From Neodothiora populina (Eukaryota): a stretch of DNA of 64,000 nucleotides. The stretch spans positions 992,001-1,056,000 of the forward strand of contig NW_027191406.1 in NCBI RefSeq assembly GCF_041146345.1, in the 5' to 3' direction. How positions within the stretch are numbered: the stretch's first letter is position 1; every line of letters starts with the position of its first letter. A program made the position numbers and the translations under genes. Shown here piece by piece: positions 49,014-63,267 of the stretch. Below the pieces are notes generated by a model. It ran no database searches, was not told the DNA's origin, and was given only the letters and a program-made list of their open reading frames with translations.

Positions 49014-50396
49014 ATGGACGCAGCCACAGGACTCATCGGGTTAGCTGGTGCAGGCGCCCAGATCGTCTCAGCACTTTATAAATATGGTGAAACGGCTTAT
49101 CACGCAAATGATGATATACCTGAATTAGCTGGACACATCACTCTGACCAGTAATGTACTGAAAAGCGTCGGCAATGCCCTCAAACAGAAGGAATTCATCG
49201 CTCTGATCAGTGGAGATGCTCTGCAACAAGTGGACGACGTCAAAGAAAGGTGCAATTCTATCTTCCAAGATATAAGCGCTAGTCTCGAGAAACGTCAGAA
49301 GGTGAAAGCGGATGGCTCTGTCGATGTCTCTTTCAGAGGAAACCTCGTATGGGCATTCAAGGCAGATAGGGTTGAGAAACAGAAGAGGAAGTTGGAAGGA
49401 CTAAAGACAGATCTGTTGATCTTATTGAACGTACTCCAATTAGCATCGAAGAGTGCTTCGACGTCAGTTGCTTCGACTCCTTCATGTAGCGACTCTTCGA
49501 ATATCCACTAACGTTATTTCTCTAGACCAAATACAGAAGCACGACCAATAGAAAGCCCAGAGGCAGAAGCTATCCGTATCCTAATGACGAAAAAATCCTC
49601 TGTCGATCGCGCACCTCGGGGCAGCTCTGGAGCGAGTTCTGAGATGCTAAGAGACACTGCTTCCTCTCAGATGTCTTCCGCCGTATCGACTATGAAACCT
49701 GGTGATGTGACTATGAACGAACATCCTCCTCCTATTCGTGCCTCTTCCACAGAGGCCTTCAACACGCATACCATCATCCTCAATGGCGCAGGCACAAGTG
49801 CTTTCACTTCGCCCAGTGATCCCCCGATCACGGAAGAGTATACCCCAATCACGCTCTTTCAGAGAGAGCTCAATAATTGCAGCGAGCTCATCGAGGACTT
49901 CGTCTCAAAGATCTGCGAGGCGCAAGAAACCCTTGGCCGAGATGCTTCTCCTCGCAGTGCTACTGATGTACAGAGTAACGTACGCAAGGAGTTCTACAAG
50001 ACAAGCCATGCTGTCCGCAAGATATTGAATACACCGATCGTAGAAACTAGGTATATGACTATGAAAACCAGCGAGGACGAGGAATTCGGAGGAGCATCAT
50101 TCAACCATGAGATGGAACTTAATCGCGTGTCAGACTTGACTAAGCTTCTTTCTCCCGCTGGGCGTCGTCAGTTGAAGACCGTTCGGTCTCCTCCTTCTGT
50201 TCCTCCCTACGTACCAGCAAATCCATTGAGAGTGTTTGACGATGACACGCAAGCATCGCCAGAATCGACACCAATCCTCGAAGGGGAAACGTGGGATCAA
50301 GGACTAGAACCTGATACTGATCCCATTGCCGATCTCGTCTTCAAACTGACCAATCTTACCGAATTCGATGGCAAGACTCGGCCCGCGAAAGATTAG
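49014..50396 (+). CDS. Protein with fungal HeLo-like (STAND N-terminal) helical domain, no NACHT
   Basis: MDAATGLIGLAGAGAQIVSALYKYG...LVWAFKADRVEKQKRKLEGLKTDLLILLNVL resembles Helo_like_N domains. Intron 49463-49525 joins ORF 49584 in frame. Confidence 0.7.
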
Positions 50397-50805
50397 TGGA
50401 CAAACATGCTTAAGTGCGTGGAGTTCTCACATTTCCGTATGATTTGGAATGAACCTTATAAATTTCTTTCTCGGCTTAATTTGTGGGTTATGAAGAGACG
50501 CTGATCTACCATGACGATCCTCTCGGGATATTTGTTATTCGCGATGAGTCACACTACCGTACCAGCTATTTGATATGCATATCAAGAACCACTGCTGGCG
50601 TAGGAGCCCCTAACGAGACACTGTACCACTTCACACATAGAACGCTTGATGAATCATGAATAGCATGTTGTATCATAATGGAAAGTTCATCAATTAATCA
50701 TGTTGTTTGTCTGTTTACCAGAGCATTTCTTCATAGTCATCCATCCACCGAAAGAGAAGACGCTTCTTGTCCGCACCATTCGGCAGAGTCTGCACTATGG
50801 TCTCT

Positions 50806-53308
50806 CTAGTATGGCCACTTCCAGCTGACGTAGTCATCGGGGTCCTCGCCGGTTTCGTATCTGTGTGTGGAAAGTCAGCACATGTCTCATCAGGTTTTGG
50901 AAATTTAGATTGGGCGAAACTTACGCATGACTGGCGGAAGCAGTCTTTCTGTCCGCAAAATGCTCACGAGCAGAGGCACCCTTGTTGCCCAAGACGCCCT
51001 TCAAGCTATCAATGGCGAGGATGGCAAGACTGTACCTGTCGGTCTCGTTGCGGATGGCGAGCTCGAGCGGGGTATCGATGTTACCCTTCTCCTTGTAGCC
51101 GCGCACACGCATGAGGTTCTGGCCCTTGCGCTTGTAGGTCAAGCGGTGGATCAACCAGGGGTAACTGTGGAAGTTGAAGACGACGGGCTTGTTGTCGGTG
51201 AAAATTGCTGCGTACTCGTCGTCACGGAGGCCGTGAGGGTGATAGCCGTTTGGCTGGAGCTTGAACAGATCGACGACGTTGACGAAGCGGATCTTGAGAT
51301 CTGGGAGATGCTCACGGAGCAGAGCGGTGGCGGCGAGGGACTCCTGGGTGCTGGTGTCGCCGCAGCATGCCATGACTACGTCGGGCTCCTGACCGGCGTC
51401 GTTTGAAGCCCACTCCCAGATGCCGAGACCCTTACTGCAATGAGCGATGGCCTCTTCCGTGTTCAAGAACTGGAGGTGATTTTGCTTGTCGGCGACGATC
51501 ACGTTGACATAGTTGACGGAGCGGAAGCAGTGGTCCATGCAGCTCAATAGACAATTGGCATCGGGAGGCAGGTAGATGCGAGTAACTTCGGGGGATTTGT
51601 TACAGATGACATCCAAGAAGCCGGGATCTTGGTGAGTGAAACCGTTGTGATCTTGTCTCCAGACAGTGGATGTGAGCAGAATGTTGAGCGAGGCAACCTT
51701 TTCTCTCCACGAGACCTCTGCACACTTCTCGAGCCACTTGCAGTGCTGGTTAACCATGGAGTCGATGATGTGAATGAATGGCTCGTAACTGTTGAGAAGA
51801 CCATGGCGTCCACTCAGAGTGTAGCCCTCCAGCCATCCCTCGCAGGTGTGCTCACTGAGAATTTCCATGACTCTTCCTGTGGTTGCCAATTCGCCACCGT
51901 CACTATCGTAGTTGAGCAGCTCTCCCATCCATTGCTTTTTGGATACCTCGTATACAGCATCAAGCTTGTTGGACTGAGTCTCGTCAGGACCGAAGAGACG
52001 GAAAGTCTCCATGTTGTTGCGGACCACTTCAGCTAAGAACTTGGCGAAGATGTTCATGCTGGGGGCTGATGAGACACCCGCTTTACGTAGATCGAAGCCG
52101 AATTTTCTGAAGTCGGGCATTCTCAGAGGTCGATACAGTACGCCTCCGTTGGCGACAGGGTTGGCGCTCATGCGGCGCTTACCCTCGGGTGCAATGGCCC
52201 TCAATGCTGGGATCAATTTGCCATCCTTGAACAACTCTTCGGGCTTGTAACTTCTCATCCACTTCTCGAGGAGGCCTAGTTGCTTCTCGTCCTTCAAGAC
52301 TTGAGTCAATGGGATTTGATGGGCGCGCCAGTAGCCCTCGAGCTTGTGTCCATCTACTTCTTTCGGGGCAGTCCAACCCTTGGGACTGCGAAGGACGATC
52401 ATCGGCCACATCGGTCGAGTCGCCTTACCCGAGTCTCGAGCTTCCTTCTGGTACTTCTTGATCTTGGTCACGCAAGTCTCCATGGTAGCAGCCATGGCCT
52501 GGTGCATTGTGGGCAAGTCACTACCCTCAACAAAGTGAGGCTCCCAGCCATAACCCCAGAAGAGCGCACGGAGTTCTTCATGGCTAATTCTGGCAAGGAC
52601 GGTGGGGTTGTTGATCTTGTAACCATTGAGGTGGAGCACGGGCAAAACGGCACCATCCTGAATGGGATTGAGGAATTTGGTGCTGTGCCAGGAAGTGGCA
52701 AGCGGTCCGGTCTCACTCTCGCCATCTCCAACCATAGTCAAGGCGATGAGCTCTGGGTTATCGAAGACGGCACCGAATGCATGAGAGATAGAATAACCGA
52801 GCTCACCTCCCTCGTGTATACTGCCGGGTGTTTCGGGGGTAGCATGGGAGCCAATGCCGCCAGGGAATGAGAATTGCTTGAAGAACTTCTGCAAGCCTTC
52901 TACAGTTTCTGATTTGTCCGGGTAAACCTCAGAGTAAACACCCTCGAGGTATGAGTTGGAGATGACGGCAGGAGCACCGTGTCCGGGACCAGAGACGAAG
53001 AAAGCATCAAGGTCATACTTCTTGATGAGTCGATTCATATGAATCCATGTGAAGGATTGTCCTGCATCCGAACCCCAATGTCCCAGTAGTCGAGGCTTGA
53101 TGTGCTCGACCTTAAGTGGTTCTTCTAATAACGGGTTGTTCTTCAGATAGAGCATACCCAGACAAAGGTACATGCTAGCATTGAAGTATCTGTTGATTAG
53201 ATCTAGCTCTTCCTTGGAAAGAGGTTGTTCCTTTATGGTGGACCTTGCCTCTCCCCATGGAGAGAGGTCTCCGACCTCGAGGTCTTTCTCTGCAACTCCA
53301 GCCATCAT
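50806..53308 (-). CDS. xfp: Xylulose-5-phosphate/fructose-6-phosphate phosphoketolase
   Basis: LLGHWG, GPGHG, EGGELGY, GDGESETG (TPP-binding), QDHNGFTHQDPG. Intron 50861-50924, then YETGEDPDDYVSWKWPY*. Confidence 0.97.
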
Positions 53309-54633
53309 GACAATGCTGAGGTTGGATTAGTATAGCTATGGGTGTGTGCTAGGAGGGAAGCTGTCCTGGCAGGGAACGATGCAGCTCTCACTCTTTTAAA
53401 GAGCTCAACGCTCCAGCCAGCAACGGGACGACCGGCCTACGCATTTCAAATAAACGTTAATGGATAGCAAGTACCCACCAAAGTGGTGGAACACACGAAG
53501 GGGTGCTACATAATGATGTCATTCACGCCATTAGGAGATTGAATAGTTCCGTCCTCCGACATTAATTGTCTGTGCCATGTCCGGCTCGCTCGGAAGTATA
53601 GAGTATTTACAGTCACTTCGCCTGTCATCTCTTCACGGGCTAAGAGGTATCAAAAGCTGTAAGGTTCATCGCCTCAGCATGATTGTAATTCGATGCAGCA
53701 GCTTCGCAGGTTGCAGGACATGATCACCTTGTTGCGCAGCGATCAAGGTAAGCTGCAGGATCACAAAGCTTATGCTTCAGAGCTTGGGCCATGTCCCTTG
53801 AAGTAAGGTAAGGTAGGTGTGCAACCCCGCGGTCAGACAAGAGCTGCCCCTCCTTCTCCCGAGTTGACCGAAGCAATGAAGGATGCCTTACGTACGAGTA
53901 CTTACCTTATGATACAGCAACCACGTGTCCCTTAGGACGAGCTTGCGTCCTCTACCATCTAAGCGGATGTTTTGGCGACGTAACAGGTGGATAATTCGGC
54001 CTCGGCCGATTGCTGTTGCCTTTCCTATGCGCACCTAGTGCCAGTATGATAACGCCTCGGGCCCTGCATGAACTAATCCGCTCACACCACCTCAACGACC
54101 TTGATTTTCCTGATCTCCTCACGCACTGTATGCTACCATGTATGCGCTTGTATACCTAGGCTCGTTCGGCATCTGTCCTCGCATCCGACTTGCTGGTTCA
54201 GGGATGTGCACATGATCGACGTTGGCAGCAGTTGTTGCCGCATACCTTACCTTGCTTCGCACCCGTATAACCCTTTCGCAACGTTTGAAGTTTATACAGT
54301 GCTTCTATGACTACTCTAGATCTTGAATTCTCTCGACCACTAACATGACCTTCTTCTGATGTGACTACTTCCATTGGGGTCGGCAGCTGCATCTCAATGG
54401 AAAAGAAAATTAGGTTATCTCACGCTGACCAAGTCCTCTAGGCCCTCGCCTATCAGAGCTTGATGATGCTACAACACTTGAAGAAAGATTTGTATCGTTG
54501 TACAGCCAAGAGCATGCATGAGGGGCATCCAATGATACTCAAGGATGTCTTCTTGACGACGATGAGCTTCAAAATGAAGCCTCGACAGCTTCACTGTAGC
54601 TCTCATTACGCAGTTCTGTAATACTCTTGCATC

Positions 54634-56176
54634 ATGCTTCCGAAAGATGACACCCGCGTCGAGAAAGCGACGGCAGATTTGCACGATGGACGAACTTCGA
54701 CACGTAGGACGAGTACATGGAGTCGAAGCAGGTAAGAACACTGAAGTTTATGTTTGATGGGGAGGCGCTCATGTTTCCAGCTACACTGGCACACTAGCTT
54801 TCAATATTTGCGCGTTCATCTTGCCAGCTCTATATGGCACATTGAGCAAACTTTGGGTAGCGAACATCGATGCGTCGATGGTCGTGACTACAGATGCTTA
54901 CACCTATATCGGTGTTGTGGCCGAGTGTTTGAATGAAGGCTTACCGCGAGCAGCATGGAACGTGATAGGTGATAAGGCAAACCGATCCTTGTCGTCACGG
55001 TATAGCTTATCGTTCACGATGATAGCATTTCAGGCCATTCTCGGACTGATCATGTCGATTGCATTTGTGGCGGCAGCTAGACAATTCGCCAGCGGATTTG
55101 TGCCGGTCGAAGTGCGTGGAGCATCACTCACATACATCCGCATCTCAGCATTATCTGCTCTCTCGTCGGCCATCGAGACAGCCGTCACAAGCAGTACGCG
55201 TGCCCTTGACAAGCCAGACGTACCCCTGATCATCAGCTCAGTCAAGTTTCTCATCAACATCATTCTGGACTTGCTAGACATTTCGAAGGTGCATGTTGGA
55301 AGATTCACGCCGACAGTGAACATGCAAGCAGCTACACAGTTAGCATGCAACATGACTTCAGCACTGGTTGGACTTGTCTACTTCTGCAGTGTAGCAAGGC
55401 GTGACCACAGGAGACCTCTTGAAGAAGCTGAGCCGGTCAATCTGAGCTTCACCTGTCTAAAGACGTTAGCAAGGCCTGGAGCCCTGACCTTCGCAGAGTC
55501 GGCCGTCCGAAATGCGCTATACCTATGGTTGGTTAATGGTATAGTATCCATGGGTTCTGATTATGCCACTGCGTGGGGTGTTTTCTCCTCCATCAGATGG
55601 GGCTTGTTAATGGTACCGGTGCAAGCGCTTGAAGCAACTTCTCTTGCATTCATTGGCCATTCCTGGGGTCAGTGGAGGAATCAAGTAGGAGAAGACCGGA
55701 GGCCCGTTCTAACCAGACTGAAGCTACGAAGAATTGTTCGTCCGGCTGTGGTATCAAGCTTGATCGCAATCGTCGTCGAGGTCCCGTTATGCATCTTCCT
55801 TGCAGAGTACGGCGCTCGCCGCTTTGCTTTCTACCTCTCCGAGTCTCACACGGTGGCTGTCATTGTGGGAAAGATGTGGAAGACCATCGATTGGTGCTAC
55901 ATCTTCTACGCTGTCTCCACCCAACTGGTGACTATTCTGCTCTCGACTCGACCTCGATGGTACCTCTACCAATCTCTCGTATCCAATATCTTTTGGGTGT
56001 TGCCATGGGCAGTCGTAGTAAGCAATGTAGGCATTACGCCAGACGATGCATGGACATATCATTCCATTGTCTTTGGTGGATCTCTAGTCTTCAGCTTCTT
56101 CGATATTCTGCTGATCGATATATTATGGGCGTGGAGGTTGTTACGTGGAAAGATGAAGCTGCCTGCGATCTACTGA
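54634..56176 (+). CDS. Multi-pass membrane protein, MATE/MOP-like transporter family
   Basis: Many hydrophobic segments; [40 protein letters not shown]. First exon from ATG 54634; intron 54732-54780. The MATE assignment is by recall. Confidence 0.75.
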
Positions 56177-56788
56177 GCGCAGAGCTGCAGCAAGAAGTGG
56201 AATGCTTGTATTGTGTAATAGTCATGTTCTTCGTAGACCTGCTAGTGCAGGTGATGGAATCTCCGGACTTCAACGGAGTTATATTTGATAACGACAGTGG
56301 TATAAGGTATCTTAGCGTCGGATCATTTACTACATCACTATTCGTCGCTCATCCGTACAACATCACAAGCACAAGTCGCATCATGAATTCAAGAGTCTGG
56401 CAGTAGATCCGAGTAATCCATATATGCATCTCCATCCTGCAGACAAACATAAACTGCGACAACGCTTACAGATCAGCGAAGTCGGTGTGTGCTTGCATTC
56501 GGTCTTTCGGCACTTCCTGTGCATATTGTGCAACGATGACGTGTGGTACTTATAAGTCCAGATGCGATATCCGGTAGGTCATGGTCTACTCATTCTGCCT
56601 TATTTTTGCTTCATTGCTGTCTAACAAGTGACAACGTTGTAGAGCAAGACATATACCATCTAAGTAAGGATTTAGTCAAACTTGGTCTTAGACTGACAGG
56701 TTGAAGCACTTGACGTCTCTCGAAGTTCAGACCTCCGTCGTAGTTTCTTGAAAGTAACACACGCCTATCTCTCTTCCACCTCGTCAAA

Positions 56789-57869
56789 ATGAGTGAATCA
56801 CTGCAAGCAAGCAATCTGTTCTCCATCAAGGGCATGGTGGCTGTTGTCACTGGCGGTGCTACAGGTAACCATAAACAATCATGACGCATAAGACTCGGAA
56901 TATAAAGACTAATGTACACCTATAGGCATTGGCCTCATGATAACAAAAGCTCTCGCCCTTAATGGAGCCCACAAAGTATACATAGTCGGCCGTCGAAAGG
57001 ACAAACTCGACGAGGCATGCAAGATCTCTCCCAACATCGTCAGCATAGTAGGCGACGTGACGAACAAGGAATCTCTCAAATCCATGGCCGCGCAGATCAA
57101 ATCCGAGACTGGGTTCATCAACCTGCTCGTCGCAAACTCGGGATCCATGGGTCCTTCTAATGCGATCAAGTCTGGTGATGCTCCTTTGGCTGACTATGCC
57201 AAAGCTGGCTTCGAGCAAGACTGGGACGCTTTCAATAGCTGTATGAACGTCAATGTTGCCGCTGTCATGTTTACTGCTTTTGCGTTCATGGAACTGCTTG
57301 ACGAGGGCAACAAGCGCAATATCATTCCCGAAACTAGCAGCCAGATCGTCGTGACAGCCAGTATTGGAGGTTTCAATAAGGTTGGTACCATCGTGCTTAA
57401 TGTACGCCCCTTAGCTCATGAAGGGTCAAAAGTTGAGTTTCGCTAATCTTCTGCACCTTTCCAGCAAGGAAATATGAGTATGGCATATAAGTCCAGTAAA
57501 GCAGCTGTTACGCTCATGGCGAAAAGTCTCGCCACAGAGTTAATTCCGTACAACATCCGCGTTAACTCTCTCGCGCCGGGAAGTAAGTTTGCTGAACTTG
57601 GTTGCGAGTCGCACTTTGTGCGCGAAAGCTCTTGCTAACAAATCCCAGTCTTCCCGTCAGACCTCGCAACGTTCCTGTATCCAGGAATCGATGATCCGAC
57701 TAAGCTGGGTTCCTTCAAAAAGGACTATGTTCCGGCTACCAGGGCTGGTAAGGATGAGGATATGGCTGGTACAGCACTCTATCTAGCAAGCAGAGCTGGC
57801 GCATACCTCAATGGACTGTCGCTTGTCATTGATGGAGGTCGTCTGTCGGTACTGCCGTCAACGTACTAG
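56789..57869 (+). CDS. Classical short-chain dehydrogenase/reductase
   Basis: TGGATGIG, LVANSG, catalytic YKSSK, IRVNSLAPG, VIDGG. Introns 56865-56925, 57381-57464 and 57583-57648. Confidence 0.93.
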
Positions 57870-57943
57870 AAAACTCGAATCATAGTGGCTTGCACTTGAG
57901 CCGCGATGGGATCTGGCGCACTGCAGACAATCATGGTCATAGA

Positions 57944-59426
57944 TTATGGATCATGCAGTACGCCTAGATCCTGGCCAGGAAACCAGGCATTCTGAGTACG
58001 GAGGGCGTATCGTTCGAAGTCATTGCAGCCAACATCATCTTTTCCCGATACCGAGACCTCTACCGAAGTATTTTTCGTGATCGCACTCCTCGTTCCCATC
58101 ATTTCGACGTCTCGAGTTATATGAGTCCAGTCTTCTGTATCCTCGCTTAGGGCTGGCGATTTCCTACGTCTGAAGGGATTTGTTCGCTTTAACAAGCTCC
58201 GGTACATGGACCGCAAATGGCCTGTGGTGCCGAAGAGTAAGAATACTAGTAGACTGGCCGTTGCGCCAGGGATGTAATTCAATGTGTCTATTGCGAGATC
58301 AGCAGTTGTCATGGATAGGTCACTGAAAGTTGAAGCCTACCCGTGATGGTCGCAGCTACTCCGAAATCAGGCTGCTTCTGCCTGGCTGACTTCTGTATTT
58401 TCCGATACCTGCGGACTTCAAAAGTGATTAAGAACACCTCCAGGAGACTGAACAATCAGCTTCAGACATGGCTAACAAGATCGGACTATAAGCGAACATA
58501 CCACAGGAACAAGAAAGCGATCGTGAACCTCAGGACCAACCAGGGATCCACTCTGAACTTCAGCCCAGACCACATCGAGCGGTGGACTAACGTTCCTGGT
58601 CCCTCAGCAGAGGGTGCGTTGCCTGTGGAATAGCTGTCGACGGTAAGACGAGCTTGCAAGTATTTCGTGAGTATCAGTATGATACAAATCGTGCCTATGG
58701 AAAAGCTGCATAACACTGAGAATTGTTTAGCTACAGACCGACCTGCTGTGACGATATTGGACTTACAGAGAATATTGAGTAAGACTACAGCAGATGAGAA
58801 ATTGATCCGAAGCTGATATGCTTTCCGAAGACTTATGACTAACACTGGCAGGACCCATGCAACCACTTTCGAAGTGATACCGATCCAGTATTGATTGTGC
58901 TGTACCTTGCGCGACTTCCACCCCCAGACGCTGAAGACAAGTGAGATCGCCCTATCAACAAAAACGTGAGTAATAGTGATGTGGTATGGACTACGTGTCA
59001 TATACCAAAACATCATGAGCATTGAGTCGACATTGTAAAAATACAGGACAGTCCAGAAAAGTGCTTCGTTGGGGCCTTTCGCGAGAGGCCCCAGAGCTAA
59101 CGAGGGTTTATCATATGCTGCGAGCGATGCCTCGTACTGTCCTTGCCTCTGGTCGTGCCAGTTGGCAAGGTAATATATATGCTGGATCATGTTGAAAGAT
59201 GTACTGAGACTTGTCGAAACCGCTAGGAGGAAGACATCTGTACGCAAAGTGAGTAGGCATCTTGAGGTGATAGATAGCAAGCAAATCTACAAGAAGATAT
59301 GTCTCTCGTGGAGACAAGGACCCAAACCAGGAGCAATCCACAAGATAGACATATGGCAGAGTACACCAAGACAAATACAGCTGCAACCACAGCCTGGAAA
59401 GGGATGGTCGCGCTGCTGAAATCCAT
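57944..59426 (-). CDS. Orphan integral membrane protein, about 7 TM (GPCR-like topology), about 5 introns
   Basis: Hydrophobic ORF pieces 59223-59426, 58486-59280 and 57944-58312 are linked by GT-AG introns. The last TM, YIPGATASLLVFLLFGTT, is followed by a basic helix and an S/T-containing tail. Confidence 0.7.
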
Positions 59427-60760
59427 GTTGGATCTCTATAGTGCTAGCCTAAGGACTCATAGACCTTGATCTACATGATTGATGAGTCCAAGTCGGCGGG
59501 GCAAGCAGAATACATATTTCACAGAAAGTGTCTTGAGATTAACATGATAGTATCAGATGGGAGACGTAGCATTAAGCAAGGTAAGCATGAGTCTAATGCG
59601 CCGCAAGCGTGTGCGAGTTTCTTTAGTCGATCCCAGCAAATCCAGAGCACTCGATCATAGACTACTCTGAAACAGAGTGACTCCAGAGTATTGAAGTGGT
59701 AGGATGAGCCGCTAGGTGGAACACTTGCGGGACAGCAAGCTAGAGGAGTTCCGTGACGGTCCACTGCATGGTGGAGTCTAGCAATCTGATAGTCTAGGTA
59801 GTCAAGCCGCACTTGTCACACAATGCTACGAATGGTCCATTTAGACGGGACAGTCTTGTCAAGCAGACTTGAACTTCAAGACAGCACATCCCGGGTCTGA
59901 GGGCCCCCCCGCTGAGAGGGATGTTTCATAGACCTGGTGAGTATTTCTTTTTGGGGGCCAGGATGGTGTGATAGCTTAGTAGTTCTCCCGAACACAGTTT
60001 CTCAAGAATGAACCCTTGTGGGATGGTTGCTTGTTCTTGACCCAACATCATTCATGGCTAATGCAGACTACCCCTGCATTCTGACCCTCGGGAGCAGATC
60101 TGCTATCCCAAAAGGTAGGTCGCTACCGTGGACACGGAAGAATTAATGACAAGAGATTGCAACTCAAATGTGTTCAGGTATGCACTCGGTGCACAGGCCA
60201 CGCCGGGCAGAATTAGTAGGTCCATCGGAGCCACTCGAACTACTCCGAAGTAAGAAGCCATGGAAGAGTCGGCACCTACATATCAACGTCGGCTATCAAA
60301 AGTGGAAGGTGCCAAAACACCAACCACCAAGAATGGTACATGAAAGAAATATCGGTCCACATATAGGCCGTAAATGTTGGCACTTGCACTTAGTCGCGTG
60401 CTTCCATGCCGCCGGATTGGGGAGGACATTTTGTTAGTTATGTGGAGGGAGCACTTGGAATTGTTGGTGCTCGTAGGCTGTCACACCTCATGATCTAATT
60501 CCCGTGAATGGGCTTCCCGCCGTTGGAAGGGGGCCGGCCGGATCGTCTACTTTGACAGTCGCTTAAAAATCGTTCATGCCTACTTTACTTTGCATGTTCG
60601 AGTTGCGTTAGTTCAAGCCATAGTGAGACGGGTTCAGCTAGCTATCGCTTTGCATGTCCAAGGTCGTCAATCCTCGGCCGAAGTGAAGGTTCGATGTGAT
60701 CATCTCGACGTTCGTGACACGCATTTCTCTTTTATATGACTATTTGCTTAGATCTCTACT

Positions 60761-63267
60761 TCAAAGATGCGGCACGTGGAAACTCGCCAGCGCCAGGTTG
60801 ACGATACTGAAAAGACCCTCTCCGAGAATCAATCCGCTTGCCAAGATGATGATGGGGGTTTCACGCTCCTTTCGCCAGCTTTTCCAATACCAGCTGACAA
60901 GCCCGCCAATAGTGCGAGCAAAAGTGAATGAGGGTGTGTTGTACATGCCTGGGCCTCAAAGTCAGCATTCGTAATCACAAATGTGTCAGGAGAACTTCGA
61001 TGAACGTACCAACGGCTACGGCGATGCCACCAGGGATGAAAGGGGTCCAATTTGCATCCGTGGCATTTCCGTACATTCTGAGGATAGTGAGCACAGAAAA
61101 CACAATTGCTGCCCCTGTAGCCCACTCGCCCACCATAGGTGGCAAACCCTGACCGGTGACTAGTCTTGCAGTGAATGCCCATACATAGCCTGTCGGGACC
61201 TGGAACATGCCTCCAGGAACTTCGTATACATTTGTGTAAAGTTTGTATACACAAGCACTGATCACTGCACCGATCGCACTGCCGATTATTTGACCGTAAA
61301 ACTGAGCCTTCGGGCTGGCGCCGAGGTTGTGTCCGGTGCGTAGGTCCTGGAGCAAATCCCCTTTACATTCATGTCAGCCTGCCTTCGCACAATATATATA
61401 TTCGAAATAAAACTTACCAGCCTGGAGAGCGCCAGACTCACTGATGGCACCTGCAATAAGGTTGATGATGACCGCGTTCGGAGCACCTTGCGGAGTAACA
61501 AGGGCAAATACAAGCTGCGTGATCTTCGAAATACCAGAAACAGGGTTCAAGTCAGTTTCTCCCAGAGCGCGGACACCCATGATCGAGAGAATCAAGGCAA
61601 GCACGAGAGCTAGAACGGTGAGGCTGATGGGTATGAGACCAGCGAACGTATAATGTACGGCGCCCATACAGACAATGAGCGAAAGTATGAGGCCTATCAC
61701 GGTGACTTTCCAACCGATGAGGTGCTCTGGAGGTGCATCCGGCTCTGGCATATCCTTGCCAGATTTCGATTTCGATGGGTTCGTATTGGCAGCTCCGTAG
61801 TCTGGAGAGGTGCGGCCATTGCCCTCAAGACCAACTGTTCTGTAGCCCCTCGCTTTTGGATTCGCAAGTTCGCGAAGTTCTTGTTTTAGAGTGCCTCTTC
61901 TGATGCCCTCGATGATCCTCGGCAGATATAGCCGGCCGTAAGTTATGATAGGTCGCAAGACAAGCCAACCAAGGCTGATGATAGAATCAGCTAGCATGAT
62001 AGCGAGACTGATCCAAACTATCCATCCCTTGCTTCCAGTCTCCCAGTCACCGACAGGACCGGGTGCCCAGTGTTTCGCTTTCGCAAGTGGCGACAGTACG
62101 CCCCATCCGATGACTGCGCCAAGTAACATGTGTAGTGTGGTAGCAGGACCCATGATAATGCCTTGTCCGACGTACGCAGGTGACGGGTTCAGCGTCCACA
62201 GCCAAGACTCTGCTATGTACATTCCAAAAATTGGCAAATCGTGAAGACGCGGTATAAAGTATGAAACAACAGTCTGAGATTGGTAAGCTATAATTCAGGC
62301 AGGAGCCTGCAGTAATGGAGTTGGAGTCCAATTCTTTCGAGACCGATATACGTACATATAAAGCGGAAAGGCCAAAAGATAGTGTCAGCAACCTAATTCT
62401 TGCTCTCCAATCAGCGTGATCGTCTATACTCGACGCATCGAGATCAGCTTGAGATAGTTCTCCTGTATTCTGTCTGTCACTTGTGGAGTCGGGAGCATCT
62501 GCCATGAGCCGCTGCTCGTCCTCGGCCGCACGCTCCCCCTCGTGCTCACCGTCACCTTGGTCATTGATGGTGTTCTTCTCGCCACCGTGAAGTACACCGA
62601 TCATCAAAGCTGTGGCCGTACCAGATGGAAACTTCAATTTTTCTCTGATAATGAACTGCTTCCTCAGCGGCACTGCAAACACGACTCCAAAGAAACATAG
62701 GCCCAAAGCCCAAACAATCAATTTCCAAAGACTGAGGTGGAGTCCGGTACTGCCATCCGGCGTCTCATCAGGCTTCAGAAGGAACTCCAACGCGGGAATG
62801 ACCCCCACAAATCCACATCCGAGAGGCATCGTTCCTACTGAACCTGCCACTGTCTGGACCAGTACGTTCTCGATAGGCGTAAATGGGAAAGCTAGGTGCT
62901 TGGATACTGCCTTGAACCAAGCAAATCCCATCAACGCACTTGGCATGGCCATACTGGATACCCATCCTGTTTGGAGCCCAAAGTACGTGTTGGAGAAACA
63001 GATCACAACTCCGATAAGAGTGCCGAGTATCACGGATCTGACTGTGAAGTGATGTCCTTGTTCAGCCCGTTCAGCGAGCAGTGTCTCGGCATCTTCGCGG
63101 CTTCGTCGGTTTGAGTATGAATCGCTCAACAGCGAAGTCTCGTCGCTATCTCTGCCCGACATACCCCTGTCTGGAGCTCTGTCGTCCAGTTCGCAGGGCG
63201 AGGGCGAGTAGGGTCGCATTTGTAGAGGTTGTGATGGGGGATCCTGATGTCGTGCTCGAGTGGTCAT
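60761..63267 (-). CDS. OPT-superfamily oligopeptide transporter (YSL-like clade)
   Basis: SNTYFGLQTGWVS, ENVLVQT, EKLKFPSGTATA, GETDLNPVSG, DLRTGH, ASGLILGEG. Introns 62274-62355, 61361-61417 and 60949-61009. Confidence 0.93.

Noticed and set aside
50927..52870. Antisense ORFs over phosphoketolase (and similar over the phytase, 43129-43842)
   Set aside because: Codon-bias shadows of well-supported genes.
50806..57869. Phosphoketolase, MATE-like transporter and SDR as a metabolic cluster
   Set aside because: No acetate kinase, backbone synthase or pathway regulator in the window; no evidence of functional linkage.
59886..59924. Hairpin containing CTGAGA, considered as a TPP riboswitch
   Set aside because: The downstream pyrophosphate-binding helix consensus is absent and there is no thiamine gene nearby.
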